Origin: Eledone cirrhosa
Taxonomy: Eukaryota
DNA length: 64,000 nucleotides
Assembly (NCBI GenBank): GCA_964016885.1
Contig: OZ024740.1
Location: 183,830,001 to 183,894,000 of the forward strand
Direction: 5' to 3'
This document shows positions 14,345-28,180 of this stretch, one piece after another. A program made the translations under genes and the position numbers. Under the pieces are notes generated by a model. That model was not told the origin of the DNA and ran no database searches. It worked only from the letters and a program-made list of their open reading frames with translations. The stretch's first letter is position 1, and each line of letters starts with the position of its first letter.

Positions 14345-14935
14345 TTTCGGGTTTGGGCACAAGGCCAAGAATTTGGGAGCAGGGGAAAGTCGATTAGATC
14401 GCCACCAGTGCATTACTGGTATTTCATTTTATGGACAGCATAAGGATGAAATGTAAAGCTAACCTTGGCGGGATTTAAGCTCATAACATAAATATTTATT
14501 TCTGATTTTGGTTTCTGATTTAGGCACAAGGCCAACAATTTTAGGGAAGGGAAAATCGATTAAATTGATCCCCGTTCATTACTAGTGCTTTATTTTATCG
14601 ACCCAGGAAGAATGAAAGGCAAAGCTAGCCTTGGCAGCTGGTACTTTATTTTATCAACTGCGTAATTATGAAAGGCAAAGTTAACCTCGGTGGAACTTGA
14701 TCTCAGAATATAAATATTGGTTTCTGATTTAGGCACAATACCAACAATTTTGGGAGGAGGGAAGAGTCGATTAAATCGACCCCAGTGCATTACTGATGCT
14801 TTAATTTATCGACCCAACAAGAATGAAAAGCAAAGCTAGCCATGGCAGAATTTGAGCACATAACGTAATGGGCCGAAACTCTATGCAGTCAAGCATGTTG
14901 TCCGACACTCTACTGATACCTCCAAACCACCGCCC
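14345..14935 (-). mobile_element. Cluster of 3 partial tRNA-derived SINE copies
   Basis: Repeated aggcacaa...ccagtgcattactg...gatgaaaggcaaag...cctcggcgg blocks homologous to 21270-21453. Confidence 0.8.
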
Positions 14936-15289
14936 TATTATCGGTAGTATTGGTGGTATTGTTGCATCTAATGATGAAAAGGATGACATTGTCGCTGCTG
15001 CTGATGATGATGGTGGTGGTGTGTCATGACGCTCCAGTGTGGTCAGACTTGGAACAGGACAAGGCACGATGGTCAGTCGCCAGTAGATGATGGACCCGAT
15101 GAACGTATTAGCTACTTCTGTCTAACCTTTGAGGGATAGCTTCATGGTTTATTTCTAGAGTAATCACCAAGTTGGTTATCGCGTCCCAGGTTATTGTCAA
15201 TGTTGAGTTCTGGACCAAATCAGACCTTGAGAAATTTAACCGGTCCGTCAATCCAGCAGCCGGCGACGCTGTTGTATGGCATGGGCTTG

Positions 15290-16015
15290 CCTGTTTAGGT
15301 ACTGAGACGCAAGCCCACCGATATTGCTTCGTTAATTTTCGTCTCTGTTATCTCTTCGTATTCTTCGTGAGTGTTGCCGACCAACTCAATATCTTTGTTG
15401 CTCGACACCACTACGGTGACGTCGTCGGCATATACAGACACTAACCTCCATCTTAAGTCACACGGGATGCATCTCTACGGCTTCAATTTTGTGCAGCAGT
15501 GGCTCAAGTGTTAATATATAAAACATCAACGAGAGGGGACAACTTGGTGATCAGAGCGCAGGATATTGAACGGTTCCGAGAGGTGGCCGGCTTTGCAGCT
15601 ATCCGTTTCCTGCAAACGAGCCCGAAGCCGGCTACTCTAAGGACTGGTGCCAGGTAGCGATAGTCGATCCTATTAAAAGCATTGAAACTGATCTAAGTTG
15701 ATCTCAGCCCCACCCATGCCACGTTCCTTAGCCTTAGCCACATTCTCTATGATGTATCGCATAAGGTGCCATGAATTATCCTGTCCGGATTGACGGATGT
15801 CTGAAACTCTCGTTTAGCAGAGTTATGGGCCTAAACTATTCTACATCGTCCGTCCCCCTCAACAGCATTAGCACCCCTCGGTTCAGAGTACTGTGGATTC
15901 TCTTGTTCTTCTACAAGTTGGTGTAGACTTCTGCCAAGAAGTCACTGAACATGTCTGGTATGTTTGCGTAACGTTCATAGGGTAGACCATCCAAACCAGG
16001 TGATTTTCCCTTTGT
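15290..16015 (-). pseudogene. Degraded L1/Tx1-group LINE RT fragment
   Basis: KGKSPGLDGLPYE, (G)CPLS..LEPLL, YADDVT on the minus strand, with stops and frameshifts. Confidence 0.7.
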
Positions 16016-16019
16016 GCAG

Positions 16020-16650
16020 CTAGTCATTGCGTCCCATATTTCGTAGTATTGGCATAACGTCCAGTGTATGTAAATCCAATCTCTGTCATGTCTGGGGATA
16101 TATTCTTGTTTGTCTACAACTGGGCAGTCAGAGATAATATGGTTAATTATTTGTTTCACGCCTTCCTCTGCATATTCTGTAGTTACATTCAGTTACTTCT
16201 GGTGATTTCTAGTTAGGAGGCTTTGATCTTTTGCTGCAATTAAAAACTATTTCAGCTTATGCTTTTTGTCTAGTTCTTCGTAGCCAGTTTTGTGTATTTG
16301 ACTCGTCTACTTCGTTTCTATTCAGTTTTTTCGGGTATTGGTCATGTAAGGGAATTTCTTCTCATCGATTTAGCATGGTATTCTGGATGTGATATTAATT
16401 CAGTTTATGTTTTGCACAATTTCTGTTGTTGTTTCTTCTGTATTTTCATTTTACACATAATTAACTGTCAATCTAGCTTCTGGTTTGAATTTGTTGACTT
16501 CATAGAAGACAGAAAACAATTTATTAATTTGTTCATGTTTCATATACAGAATATTCTGGAGAGCGTTGCATGTCTATCCATATATCTTTGGGGACATCAT
16601 CTGACATTTAAACGTACATTTTATTTTCATTTTTTTTTACATCCAGATTA
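16020..16650 (-). pseudogene. Degraded RLE-type (R4/Dong-like) non-LTR C-terminal fragment
   Basis: ICR..VKQIINHIISDCPVV...EYIPRHD..IYIHW.LC zinc-knuckle/RHD signature. Confidence 0.65.
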
Positions 16651-17908
16651 AATGGCTTCTCAATAGAAAAACACCCTCTTAAATATGTGATAGTGAAAAT
16701 AGTCGCTCTGCGAAAAATAAAGATAATACAGAGAATAAACTATATTCATAGCAGAATCTCTTCCTCTATATCTCTTTCTTACATCCTTTCTTTCACTCTC
16801 TCTATCCTTCTCTGAAAGAAATCTGCTGTATTCAGGCATGGAGAGGAGATGGGCTCCACCAGGTATAAAAATGCTCTCGAAACGCCGTATGTCATTATGG
16901 TGCCACTACAACTCCTCAGGAGTTACAGGTCCAAACCAAACATAGCTGAATCTATACCTTATAGGAAAAAGGAACAATGTTATATTAGCGGGGGACAACG
17001 GCAACTTGAAAAAGTAGAGATATATAATATAAAATAACCACAGAATATGCACATTGTATCAAACAAAAAAAATAAGCTAACTTTACTGAGCAAACATGTT
17101 GTTTTGAGTAAATAATTTGTTAGTGTTGCTTACAATAACAATAACTTAGATGTGAACACATGTGACCTAGTAGATACAAGATCTACGTAGCAGAACTATG
17201 TGACAAAAGAAAACGTCACATTTATCCAAGAATAGACGTGGATATAATATGTTCTGTCATTATAGAAAAGCCTTTGTCCTGGCCTTATTACAATAAAAAA
17301 ATCCGGAGAACCAAGGGGTTAGCTTCCTTATCAAAGGAAGTTGATCTCGGCAAAGTCACGCACTCTGCAGCTAATTACTTCTAGCGGTGATCTATGTATC
17401 AGGCGCCTTAGATTTCCACCATGTGACCTGGTATATCCAATAGAAAACCTGTTTATTTGTAGAGAATAGCGACTAACTTCCAGGCCGAAGGAGGTCAACT
17501 TTTCACAAAACGAATTGAAGATTTAGTCACGTCGCTGCATATCTATGAATGTCCGAATATTGGTATTTCAAATAATTAACTACTAAACTACAAATATATA
17601 TTTGACGTATTGATTGTACTTTTTAATCTTTTGTATATATGTCCACTTGAGCATGCGTAGGCGTGTATACATGTAGGTACAAATAAGCACGTGTGTTTAG
17701 AATACGGCAGCCATTAAAAATAAAAAAAATTGTATGAGAAGCTTTTACACCATTTTGACTACAGAAATATTGCCTATTAACAGGGCATATAAGCCCGCAT
17801 AACGGATACAAATGGGCACCAGCCAGTATGATATATATATATATATATATATTTCGTTTCTGAATTTGTTTAGCAAGATTCTTTATCTGAAATCGTGTGT
17901 TGAAACCG

Positions 17909-18381
17909 ATATTGTTATACTTTGGGAGGGTCATGTTGCCAATAAGAAACACACGCACCAGTTGATTTCACTTCAATTTATTATAATAAATTTATAATAA
18001 ATTTATAAATTTATAAATTTCTGGTTGGTTGGTTGGTTCCACAACCAGATAGTTGTTTATATATAGTCATAGTTCTTTTGTCACACACTCTGTGACCTCT
18101 TCAGTAACTGGCAATTCCTTTCTTTGTTTCTGTGCCTCTCAGAACAAAGGAGAGGCACAGAAACAAAGAAAGGAATCCCCAGTCACTGAAGAGGTAACAT
18201 AGTGTGTGACGAAAAAACTATGACTATATATAAACAACTATCTGGTTGTGGAACCAACCAACCAACCAGAAATGTATAAATTTATAAATTTATTATAAAT
18301 TTATTATAATAAATTGAAGTGAAAGCAACTGGTGCATGTGTTTCTTATTGGCAACATGACCCTCCCAAAGTATAACAATAT
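17909..18381. repeat. Long palindrome (232 bp arms, 9 bp spacer) with decayed HHR-like core
   Basis: 17909-18140 is the reverse complement of 18150-18381. AGTCA-CTGAAGA-...GTGAC-GAAA..TA-TGACT at ~18181-18225. Confidence 0.9.
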
Positions 18382-19421
18382 ATATATATATACATATATA
18401 TATATTTATATATATATGTGTGTGTGTGAGTGTATACATGGTGGCTGCCAACTCGTTTTCGAGTACGGCCACTACTTTATATCCATGTAGGAGAACTCCT
18501 ACCGATGCGCTGAACGAGTGTGACTTTTTAGTCCAGCCAGCGACTTGAAAACTCTGGTACAAACACTACACTTGTGACAATTATTGACACATAGTACTTT
18601 ACCTTTGGTACCATGTGACGACAAGTGCAGAGAGATCTCCAGATACAAAGCAATGCCTGTGCCATGAAGCTTTTATAGTGAGCAAAGGCACTGCACAAAG
18701 CCAGTCCCACTCTCTTAACCAAGATGATATTTACCAAAAAGAAGAACAAGTCAACATCATTGGATTCCATCAGGGTTGCAGGTTTTATATCAGAGTTTTC
18801 CTTCTCCTAGAATTCTGCCTTGACAAAGGCTAAGGGGTCATCTCTCCCAGTGATTTTGGATGGCCATTGACTCTTAAGAGCTCCTTTGCCCTTTGACAGG
18901 TTTTGTTTTTAGTCCTGCAGGATGTCCAAAGTCACCCTCCTCACCAAGAAACCTTGGTGGGGTTGCCAATTTAGTCGCCAACGACGCGACCATGAGACAG
19001 GTTGTACTGGGATACATGTTACCAGTAGCACCAAGTGGTGACCTGAGTGTATACATACATGCATACATACATTACATACATGCATCCATACATACATTAC
19101 ATACATACATACATATATATTCATACATATACCGAGACGACATATCCACAATAGTTGCATTCTTTAAAACATACTATAGTTGGGTAGTAAATATTTGTTA
19201 AAAAAACTCGAATCAATATCAAACTCTAATTAAATGGTATCATCAATTTGCAATACTTAGTTGTAATTTAATAACATTTCTCTCCATAGTTGCTGCATCT
19301 GGACTTCATAGCATTAGTGAAATGATACATCGGTTTATTACCTCAGAACTAAAGATAATAGCAGATATATTGATCTGGAATTTAATTGAATATTATATAT
19401 TTATGTGTATGTCGGTGTGCA

Positions 19422-19900
<479 letters not shown>

Positions 19901-20199
19901 TAAATGTATATATACATTTACATACATATGGCAATGCCTCATTTTTTTTTTAAGAGCGAGAGTTTAGATTTAAATATTTACTTTTAATCACTAATTATAT
20001 TTTATAGGTTTTTCAATTAGCCACAGGGAGAATGTTATCCCCCCTTCTTCACATCCTTCACCTTTTTTTTCTCCTCGTCCTAGTTATCAACCTCATCATT
20101 ATCATCGCCACCGCCTCTATATTTTATGTATTACTTCGTCTTTGGCTTGGTTTATAGGGAACGTTTACTAAAATTATATATCATATATACCAATTATAT

Positions 20200-20253
<54 letters not shown>

Positions 20254-21269
20254 ATCTATGTATGTATGTATGTATGTATGTATGTATGTATGTATGTATG
20301 TATGTATGTATGTATGTATGTATGTATGTATGCATGCATGTATGTATGTATGTATATACTTTAAATGGTAGTTGTAAAAACCTACAAACGTGTATATGAT
20401 ATTGCCTTTTTTTTTGTTATGAGAACAGCTATAAATATAGTTTTAAGTCACTTAATGGCTCTTTGCCCCACACATTTTTGATCAGCAGCCAAATCGTCCT
20501 AATCATGTCCGCAAAATTCCTTTCTTATTAACCATTATCCATATGTGAGGTCAATAAAAAGAGAATGAAACATGACTAATATTAACAATACCAATAGCAG
20601 CAGCCGCATCTAGAAGTACAGTAATAGTAATAATGACAACAGCTATAAAACGAATATAATAAACTGTAGCATTTAGGCATGAAGTGTAATTTTATTTTAT
20701 TTGCTTTAATCCTCTGGATATCACGCTTTTATATGTTTTTCTCTGAGATATCGTTATATACGCCTTATCTGTAGGAATAGACTTTGTTTGTACAAAGTTT
20801 AGGAGAAATAAAATAAATAATAAATTAATATTTATGGCACTGATACAAATGGTTATACATTTGTATGGAGTTTATTTAAGCCTTTTAAGTCTTTCTAAAT
20901 CTTTTCAAGAACTGGTCATGTTTACAATCATTTTGGCTTTTCTTAACATTCGAAGAGGAAAGAGTTGGGAACAGCCAGGGTGTAGAACGATGGATAACCT
21001 TTCTACGAGGGATGATTCACTAAAATTGAAGTTTTATGTATAAACAAGCGAAACAGGTATCTCTCATTGACTTTGTCTACATAGCTGCAAATAGGCAACA
21101 TAAATACTACTTTATTTGTTTACTGATATTAGTCTCATCATTTGTGCTCATGATGATAATTGTTACGTCCACCGATACATGTTGGAGTGGGAGGCCAGCA
21201 TTTTTCAGGCAGTGATTTGCAGCCAGATTCTTTTTCTCGTGTCAACAATTTTAATCACATATTATGACA

Positions 21270-21453
21270 TGGTGGATTGGCAGTATCGGTAGAGGGTCGG
21301 ACGCCATGCTTTGACGTATAGAGTTACGGCCCTTGCCAATCTGAGTTCAAATCCCGCCGAGGTTAACTTTGCCTATCATTCTTACGGGGTTGATAAAATA
21401 AAGTAGCAGTAAGGCACTGGGTAATTGCTGGCATTGTGCCAAACGTAGAAACA
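21270..21453 (+). mobile_element. tRNA-derived SINE with TSD ATTATGACA
   Basis: A-box-like TGGCAGTATCGG and B-box GAGTTCAAATCC. TSD at 21261-21269 / 21454-21462. Confidence 0.88.
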
Positions 21454-21736
21454 ATTATGACATGTGATATGGTGATACTATTTTAAGAACTGGAACACTA
21501 ATTCTCAAATTCCTTATATTTGCCAAGGGATTACTGAAGGACAGGGAAGCAATTTATCTTCAAGTTTACGCTACCATAAGGAAACTAATCGTGAATAATT
21601 CTAAAAGGAAACAGAAATAATAGACACATTCTTTCACCAAATAACATAAAATATCCCAGTATACTCGGCTCTCTATATATCATCTCTCTTCTATTCACAC
21701 ATCCACACACATACATAAATATCATTTACATAATAG

Positions 21737-21798
<62 letters not shown>

Positions 21799-23045
21799 TA
21801 CATACACACACACATATATATATATATGTGTGTGTGTGTGTATGTATTAGACTCATGACCTAAGGCGTTGCGTGTGTGACGATCACGTACGGAGGCTTGA
21901 ACAGTACACTATCCAATGCACCAATTTATTAAAATTGGTAATGTGCTTACGGCGTCAGCACATGGTGATTTCACCTAGTGTAATAAATGTATAAAAGTAA
22001 GTCTTTTCTTTTGTCCTGTACTAAATTCTCATTAGTCATTTACATATTTCTCTCGACGTGCATAATTCTGATGAATGGTTTGTGGACTAAAAACTCCAAG
22101 GTGGAGAATTCGTGTTTAGTTTTTATTTTTTCAATTTTTATTTTTCTTTCGTTGTAGGTTTAGAATAGATACTGCACATGTAATGTTGATTTCTTTGAGA
22201 AGCTATTGTTTCTATAATTTCTACAACCACTGTATTATACCGTCTTCTTACACCCACCCATTTCAATGCACGTAAGCTAGAACATATGATGAAAGAACTT
22301 CATTTTCCATTGATTTTCGTTAAAATAATATTAAAGGCGTGTACCATCTGTAAAGCATCCCAAAATAACTGTATAAGTAGGCATTTCATGCCCAGTTGTT
22401 TTTACTGCCACCATTTGTACATTTTATTTTCAACGGTTATACTTGAATGAACATCAAATATTAACGGTTCTTCTTCCATGTTACCTATTTGACCTAATTT
22501 ATAATGTGTTCCTTTCCTGACGTTGATATTGGTAGTTCATACAAAAATCATGCCCTTTAATCTCATGTTTGGTCATGTCATTTTTATGAAATGATGGCAC
22601 CAAATTGAAAATTAAGCAAATTCATTCAGTAGAATATTTTTTTCTTTTCTGCCAATCACCTGTTGAGATTGTATAACAGAAACTTCTTTTGGAAATTCTG
22701 CTTCATTTTTCATACTTATTTTCTCCATTTACCATTATCATTCATTTCTGTTGACGTTAGTTCCCGCAAACATTATGCTGCTTGGTTGCCATATTGAATG
22801 ACATTCAATAGGATGTAGATTGTAACACATTATGTTTTACTTTTCTGCATGGTTGCATGTCTAATTACCGAATTAGAAACTTCTTATTAGTTGCCCTTAA
22901 TGCTTGAGAAAGCAAATAAATTAGATTATGATATACGCATACTCTATGAGAATTGTAACTGTAGGCCTATATTATGGAAGAGCGATTCGAGTAAGGATGA
23001 ATGTATTTTCTATGAATACACAGACACACACACACGTACACACAC

Positions 23046-23103
<58 letters not shown>

Positions 23104-23488
23104 GTGTGCATAAAGAAAAAAACATATATGTGTGTGTGTGTATATATATATTCATATATATATATAATATACATATATATACATGCATATATTCATATAT
23201 ATATATATGCATATATTCATTATTAACTGTTTAGTTGGAATATGGTAAATAAAATCACTTTAAAAGTACTCGACGTATTGTTATTGAATGTAAACATGTT
23301 TTTATAAAAATTGCGAATCCAACAAAATGACCTTTGTTCGCCTCACAATTTTAATAGATAACATACGTATATAATCATTCTAATCTAATTTCTCTTTATT
23401 TTCTTCCTTCTCCACCTTGTCCCCCTCGTCTCCTCCTCTTTCGCGACTTCCTCGCCCTAGCCATCCTCCTCCTCCTCCTCCTCCTCCG

Positions 23489-23521
<33 letters not shown>

Positions 23522-24011
23522 TTTCACCACTTCTAGCATTTTACGTCCGTTTATTTCTATACTATTTATAGAAATCTGTTAGCTTTTCATGACTTCACCA
23601 CCAATATTGGCACACATTCAAGATAAATTAACAACCCTCTTTTTCGTTTATTTGTATTCTTATCTATCACCTGCTGGCTATTTAAATATGGCTATCATAT
23701 TTATTCATTTATATTTATATATCATATATTTTTTAACGTTCATACTTTATTCTACTCATTGTTGGTCGAGTGGTTTGAGAAATCAGTTTTTCTATAACTA
23801 ACGTAACGTTGACTACTCATGTTATACTATTGAATAAGTTCCCATGTAGTTATCTATAAGGGTTTGTTGCTTGACATTTATGGAAAAACGAAAGGTATGG
23901 AGGTAGCATATGAATATATTATATTAGCTTTAGGATAATCTTTTTTTCTGAACTTATGTATGTATTCATATATTCACATACACTCTGCTCTTTACATACT
24001 CCTCTCACCCT

Positions 24012-24060
<49 letters not shown>

Positions 24061-24071
24061 TGTATGTATAC

Positions 24072-24120
<49 letters not shown>

Positions 24121-24131
24121 TGTATGTATAC

Positions 24132-24201
<70 letters not shown>

Positions 24202-24541
24202 GTATACATTTTTTTATATGATAAATATATATATAAATTTATATATTTAAAAACAAATAACGAAACGAAATTAAATTTCGTTTCGTTTGTAACTCACTTT
24301 TGTATGACTGACGCTTAAACAATTAAGTTAAAAATGTACATCCACATATGTATACTGAAATACTAGTATGCATATGAATACACTAACGTGTACATATGTA
24401 GATGTACCGAGTTTTTCACTGGACACTTTACTGTGAGTGTCCAGCTATTCTGTATGTAAACACACAGACAAACCGGTTTTAAGAGTCATACTAGTTTTCG
24501 AGGAAATACCTTTCCTCTATTCTCCAGAAAGCCAGACAAGG

Positions 24542-24586
24542 AATATTGGACTAGTTTCGATGTTGTTACATCTCATCAGCAATATT
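24542..24586 (-). ncRNA. Canonical minimal type-I hammerhead ribozyme
   Basis: AATATTG CTGATGA GATGT AACA ACATC GAAA CTAG TC CAATATT. Confidence 0.92.
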
Positions 24587-25244
24587 TACCTATCTTCCGG
24601 CCTTTCTAGAGAATCGTAAAAGCACATATCGTTATATGCTTTTTCTATGAAAATTAGTAGTGGGCAGACTAATTTGCATAGAGCGTGAGTACGTACCGGT
24701 TCAACGGAGACGATAAAAACAAATAACGAAACGAAATTAAATTTCGTTTCGTTTGTAACTCACTTTTGTATGACTGACGCTTAAACAATTAAGTTAAAAA
24801 TGTACATCCACATATGTATACTGAAATACTAGTATGCATATGAATACACACACGGTGTTTCCTCGAAAACCAGTATGACTCTTAAAACCGGTTTGTCTGT
24901 GTGTTTACATACAGAATAGCTGGACACTCACAGTAAAGTGTCCAGTGAAAAACTCGGTACATCTACATATGTACACGTGTGTGTATTCATATGCATACTA
25001 GTATTTCAGTATACATATGTGGATGTACATTTTTAACTTAATTGTTTAAGCGTCAGTCATACAAAAGTGAGTTACAAACGAAACGAAATTTAATTTCGTT
25101 TTGGTTATTTGTTTTTATCGTCTCCGTTGAACCGGTACGTACTCACGCTCTATGCAAATTAGTCTGCCCACTACTAATTTTCATAGAAAAAGCATATAAC
25201 AATATGTGCTTTTACGATTCTCTAGAAAGGCCGGAAGATAGGTA

Positions 25245-25289
25245 AATATTGCTGATGAGATGTAACAACATCGAAACTAGTCCAATATT
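25245..25289 (+). ncRNA. Canonical minimal type-I hammerhead ribozyme
   Basis: Same sequence on the + strand; GUC cleavage triplet ends at 25282. Confidence 0.92.
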
Positions 25290-25584
25290 CTTTGTCTGGC
25301 TTTCTGGAGAATAGAGGAAAGGTGTTTCATCGAAAACCAGTATGACTCTTAAAACCGGTTTGTCTGTGTGTTTACATACAGAATAGCTGGACACTCACAG
25401 TAAAGTGTCCAGTGAAAAACTCGGTACATCTACATATGTACACGTGTGTGTATTCATATGCATACTAGTATTTCAGTATACATATGTGGATGTACATTTT
25501 TAACTTAATTATATATATTTATTTATATGGATAAATAAATATATAAATGTAAACATTTATGTTTATGTACATGTACAAGTATAA

Positions 25585-25667
<83 letters not shown>

Positions 25668-25722
25668 GATAGATGTATATATATTTATATATGTACAAAC
25701 GCACACCCACCCACACAGACAT

Positions 25723-25790
<68 letters not shown>

Positions 25791-27573
25791 TATGGTTACT
25801 CTAGCCACTGTGGAAGTGGTTTTGAGAATGTATTCTCTATTAAAATTAATAACTAAAACGGATTGCATTTCATATGGTCCCTGACATCGAAGCCCATTTT
25901 CTAGCCTTCTTGTGGTGGGGACGTTTAGACCTCACAGAGAACGGGGGCAAAGGTATGTCACTGGCGCTTTAAAACCAGTTGTTTCGAGTAGACAGGACTT
26001 ATTTGCCTTAGGAGGAAGTCTCTCTAGTAGATACTGATATTAGCTGAAATTGTCATTGTTTATATTAAATTCGACAATAATTATAATCCGATTCAAAATG
26101 ATGGCTCTATAACTTATATTGGTTTCGATTTGTCACTACTGTTATAGATTAGGATAGTGTCTAATCAAATTTGTCTGTCATTATTGTATTCTCAATACTC
26201 ATACGTTAGTAGTTAGCTTTAGCATGACCATTTGCTTTTAGTGAAATACCTATTTACGAGCATGCCTATTTTAAAATTACTAAGACATTAATGGTAACAT
26301 GATATCTTAAAAATAGCGTTTTATTCAGAACGGCATTTTGATATGTGTTTGTAGATGTGATACTTTCTTAGTTGCCCCTTATTCATTATGTAATCTACAG
26401 TCGCTTGGGTAAATATCTAAACATAGTGTTAACTACCAGTCAGATCATAGTATGATGACACATCTAATATTGTACTGTTACGAAGGAGATTGTAAAGTCA
26501 ATCATCAGGTAAAAAGGTATCACTCGAATTCGAAACACTGCTCCCCAGATCTACAAATAAAAGCGAGGAAAAACGAACAATCGCATGACTGATTTTAAGT
26601 ATGTTCAACGTTATTTGTTTTTTCGCGTGTTACTGTAGGTAGACTATTTAAACCGGTGGAGTTGCCGATGCAGAGAGTTGGTGTGAGGTTGGCAGCGGGT
26701 TAAGGACAGTCGATATCAAGTTGGTGATGTGTATTGTCGGTGTGAATCCGGGCGGCAAAGAACAACATTCGACAAGGCATCCAGCCTGGTCCGTCTATTT
26801 CTTCCGTTCTAATCAAGTTGGCTAGCTGCGTAGGCTTGCGGTTTCTCAGCTGCTGACGTTTGCTGTTGGAGCCGTGTAGTAGTTGGAGACTGCAATTTGC
26901 AACAGTACTAAATATGCCGTGTTTAACACATTTCTAAATTCTATTATAAATATTCCGCAGTCAATTTGTTATCACCCCATTGAGTTCATAGCGTGCAGAA
27001 TTATATTTGTTCACTTCATTTGATTTGTTTTTAGATGTTCATAACGGTTGCCAATCAAACCATGTTTTAGCTACGAAATAGTATCCTGCAAATACTGCTG
27101 ACACATTTGTAAAATTGGCTGATGGTGCAAAAGACGAATTTAGTTTCCAGAACTATGCTAAATAGATATTTCCATAAGTGATTGTTTCATGTGATTTTTC
27201 TGAATATTCTTCCATATATATCATGTAGACTAATGATACAGCTTTAAACATCGCAGAATAGTGTTGATTCTATTAACAGTTTTCAGACAGATATTGTTCT
27301 GATGGTAAGATAGTATTTATTAATATGAGGGTCTTACTATATACCGCTCTTTCTCTTTGTGTATAGCCTGAGGAAATGTTCCCTTGTTGGGTTCATGTAT
27401 TTTCTGTCGTGTGTTTAACCTCTGCTGGCAGACAAAGTTCAAGTCCGATGACAAACCGTCAAGATTTAGTACAGCTATAATCATTGCGCTTCACAGATTA
27501 CACTGTCAAATAGGACTTAATTTCAAGTTTATGATGGTTTGGTATTCTAGTGAGCAAACATAATTGGATAGTA

Positions 27574-27929
27574 TATAATGAAGAATGTAAGTCGTTAGAT
27601 CAGAAGGCATTAAATAGACAAACTCCATTATAAGTATGTACTTCGTTTATTCTTGCTTCACACTGTGAAAGTCATTTTGCTTGTATTTCCATGTGTGAGA
27701 TACGACAGGATATGGCGTGTCGAAGAATCGACGTCTTGACGGTAGCAGGTTTATCTGGAGACTGGTCTTCTGACTTAACTTCCGTTCTCTGGTCTAAGTA
27801 GTCCAGTTACTTGTATCGCTACGCCGAAGGTTTTGATTGGCTCACACTTCAGCCAATTTACTTCCGTAACATTTTTCTTCCGCCGAAGGAAAATACATTT
27901 AATTACAAAGGATATATCTTACTGCTACA
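27574..27929 (-). repeat. 3' LTR
   Basis: Direct repeat of 33770-34125; preceded on the minus strand by PPT CAGGGGGGTGA (27930-27940). Confidence 0.93.
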
Positions 27930-28180
27930 TCACCCCCCTGCTTAGGCTGAAAGCCGACAGAGAAAAAAGGGTAGCAGTTGCAAGAAAGAAAAAAAATATA
28001 TAACAGTAACTATATAATAAACAATGTCAATTCACAGCAATGTCTGCGTTTAGCTTCAGAGAAAAAGAGGAACATAAAAACTGAGCAGCAGAAATAGTGC
28101 AAAGTTCACATTAATTAATGCATTTAATATAAATACAAGAGAGGGTAAGAACTCAAAAAGCTTGCTCTATATAGCATAGT

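Larger units (their letters stand above)
24248..25510. mobile_element. Retrozyme-like element: 466-467 nt HHR monomer, ~1.3 copies (-) + ~1.4 copies (+), inverted junction at ~24854
   Basis: 24248 repeats at 24714 and 24854 repeats at 25321. No meaningful ORF; TA-rich flanks. Confidence 0.85.

Noticed and set aside
18835-19048. Possible HDV-like ribozyme at a LINE-like 5' end (minus strand GGTCACC...GGCGACTAA)
   Set aside because: I could not build a consistent P1/P1.1/P2/P3 nested double pseudoknot; only simple hairpins are evident.
22062-22112. CTGATGA with nearby CTCC/GGAG stem as a hammerhead
   Set aside because: GAAA and the NUH site are missing; too degenerate to call.
27586-27929. 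LTR boundary at the canonical-looking TGTAA
   Set aside because: LTR similarity extends 12 bp further, and only the longer boundary yields a TSD and correct PBS spacing.
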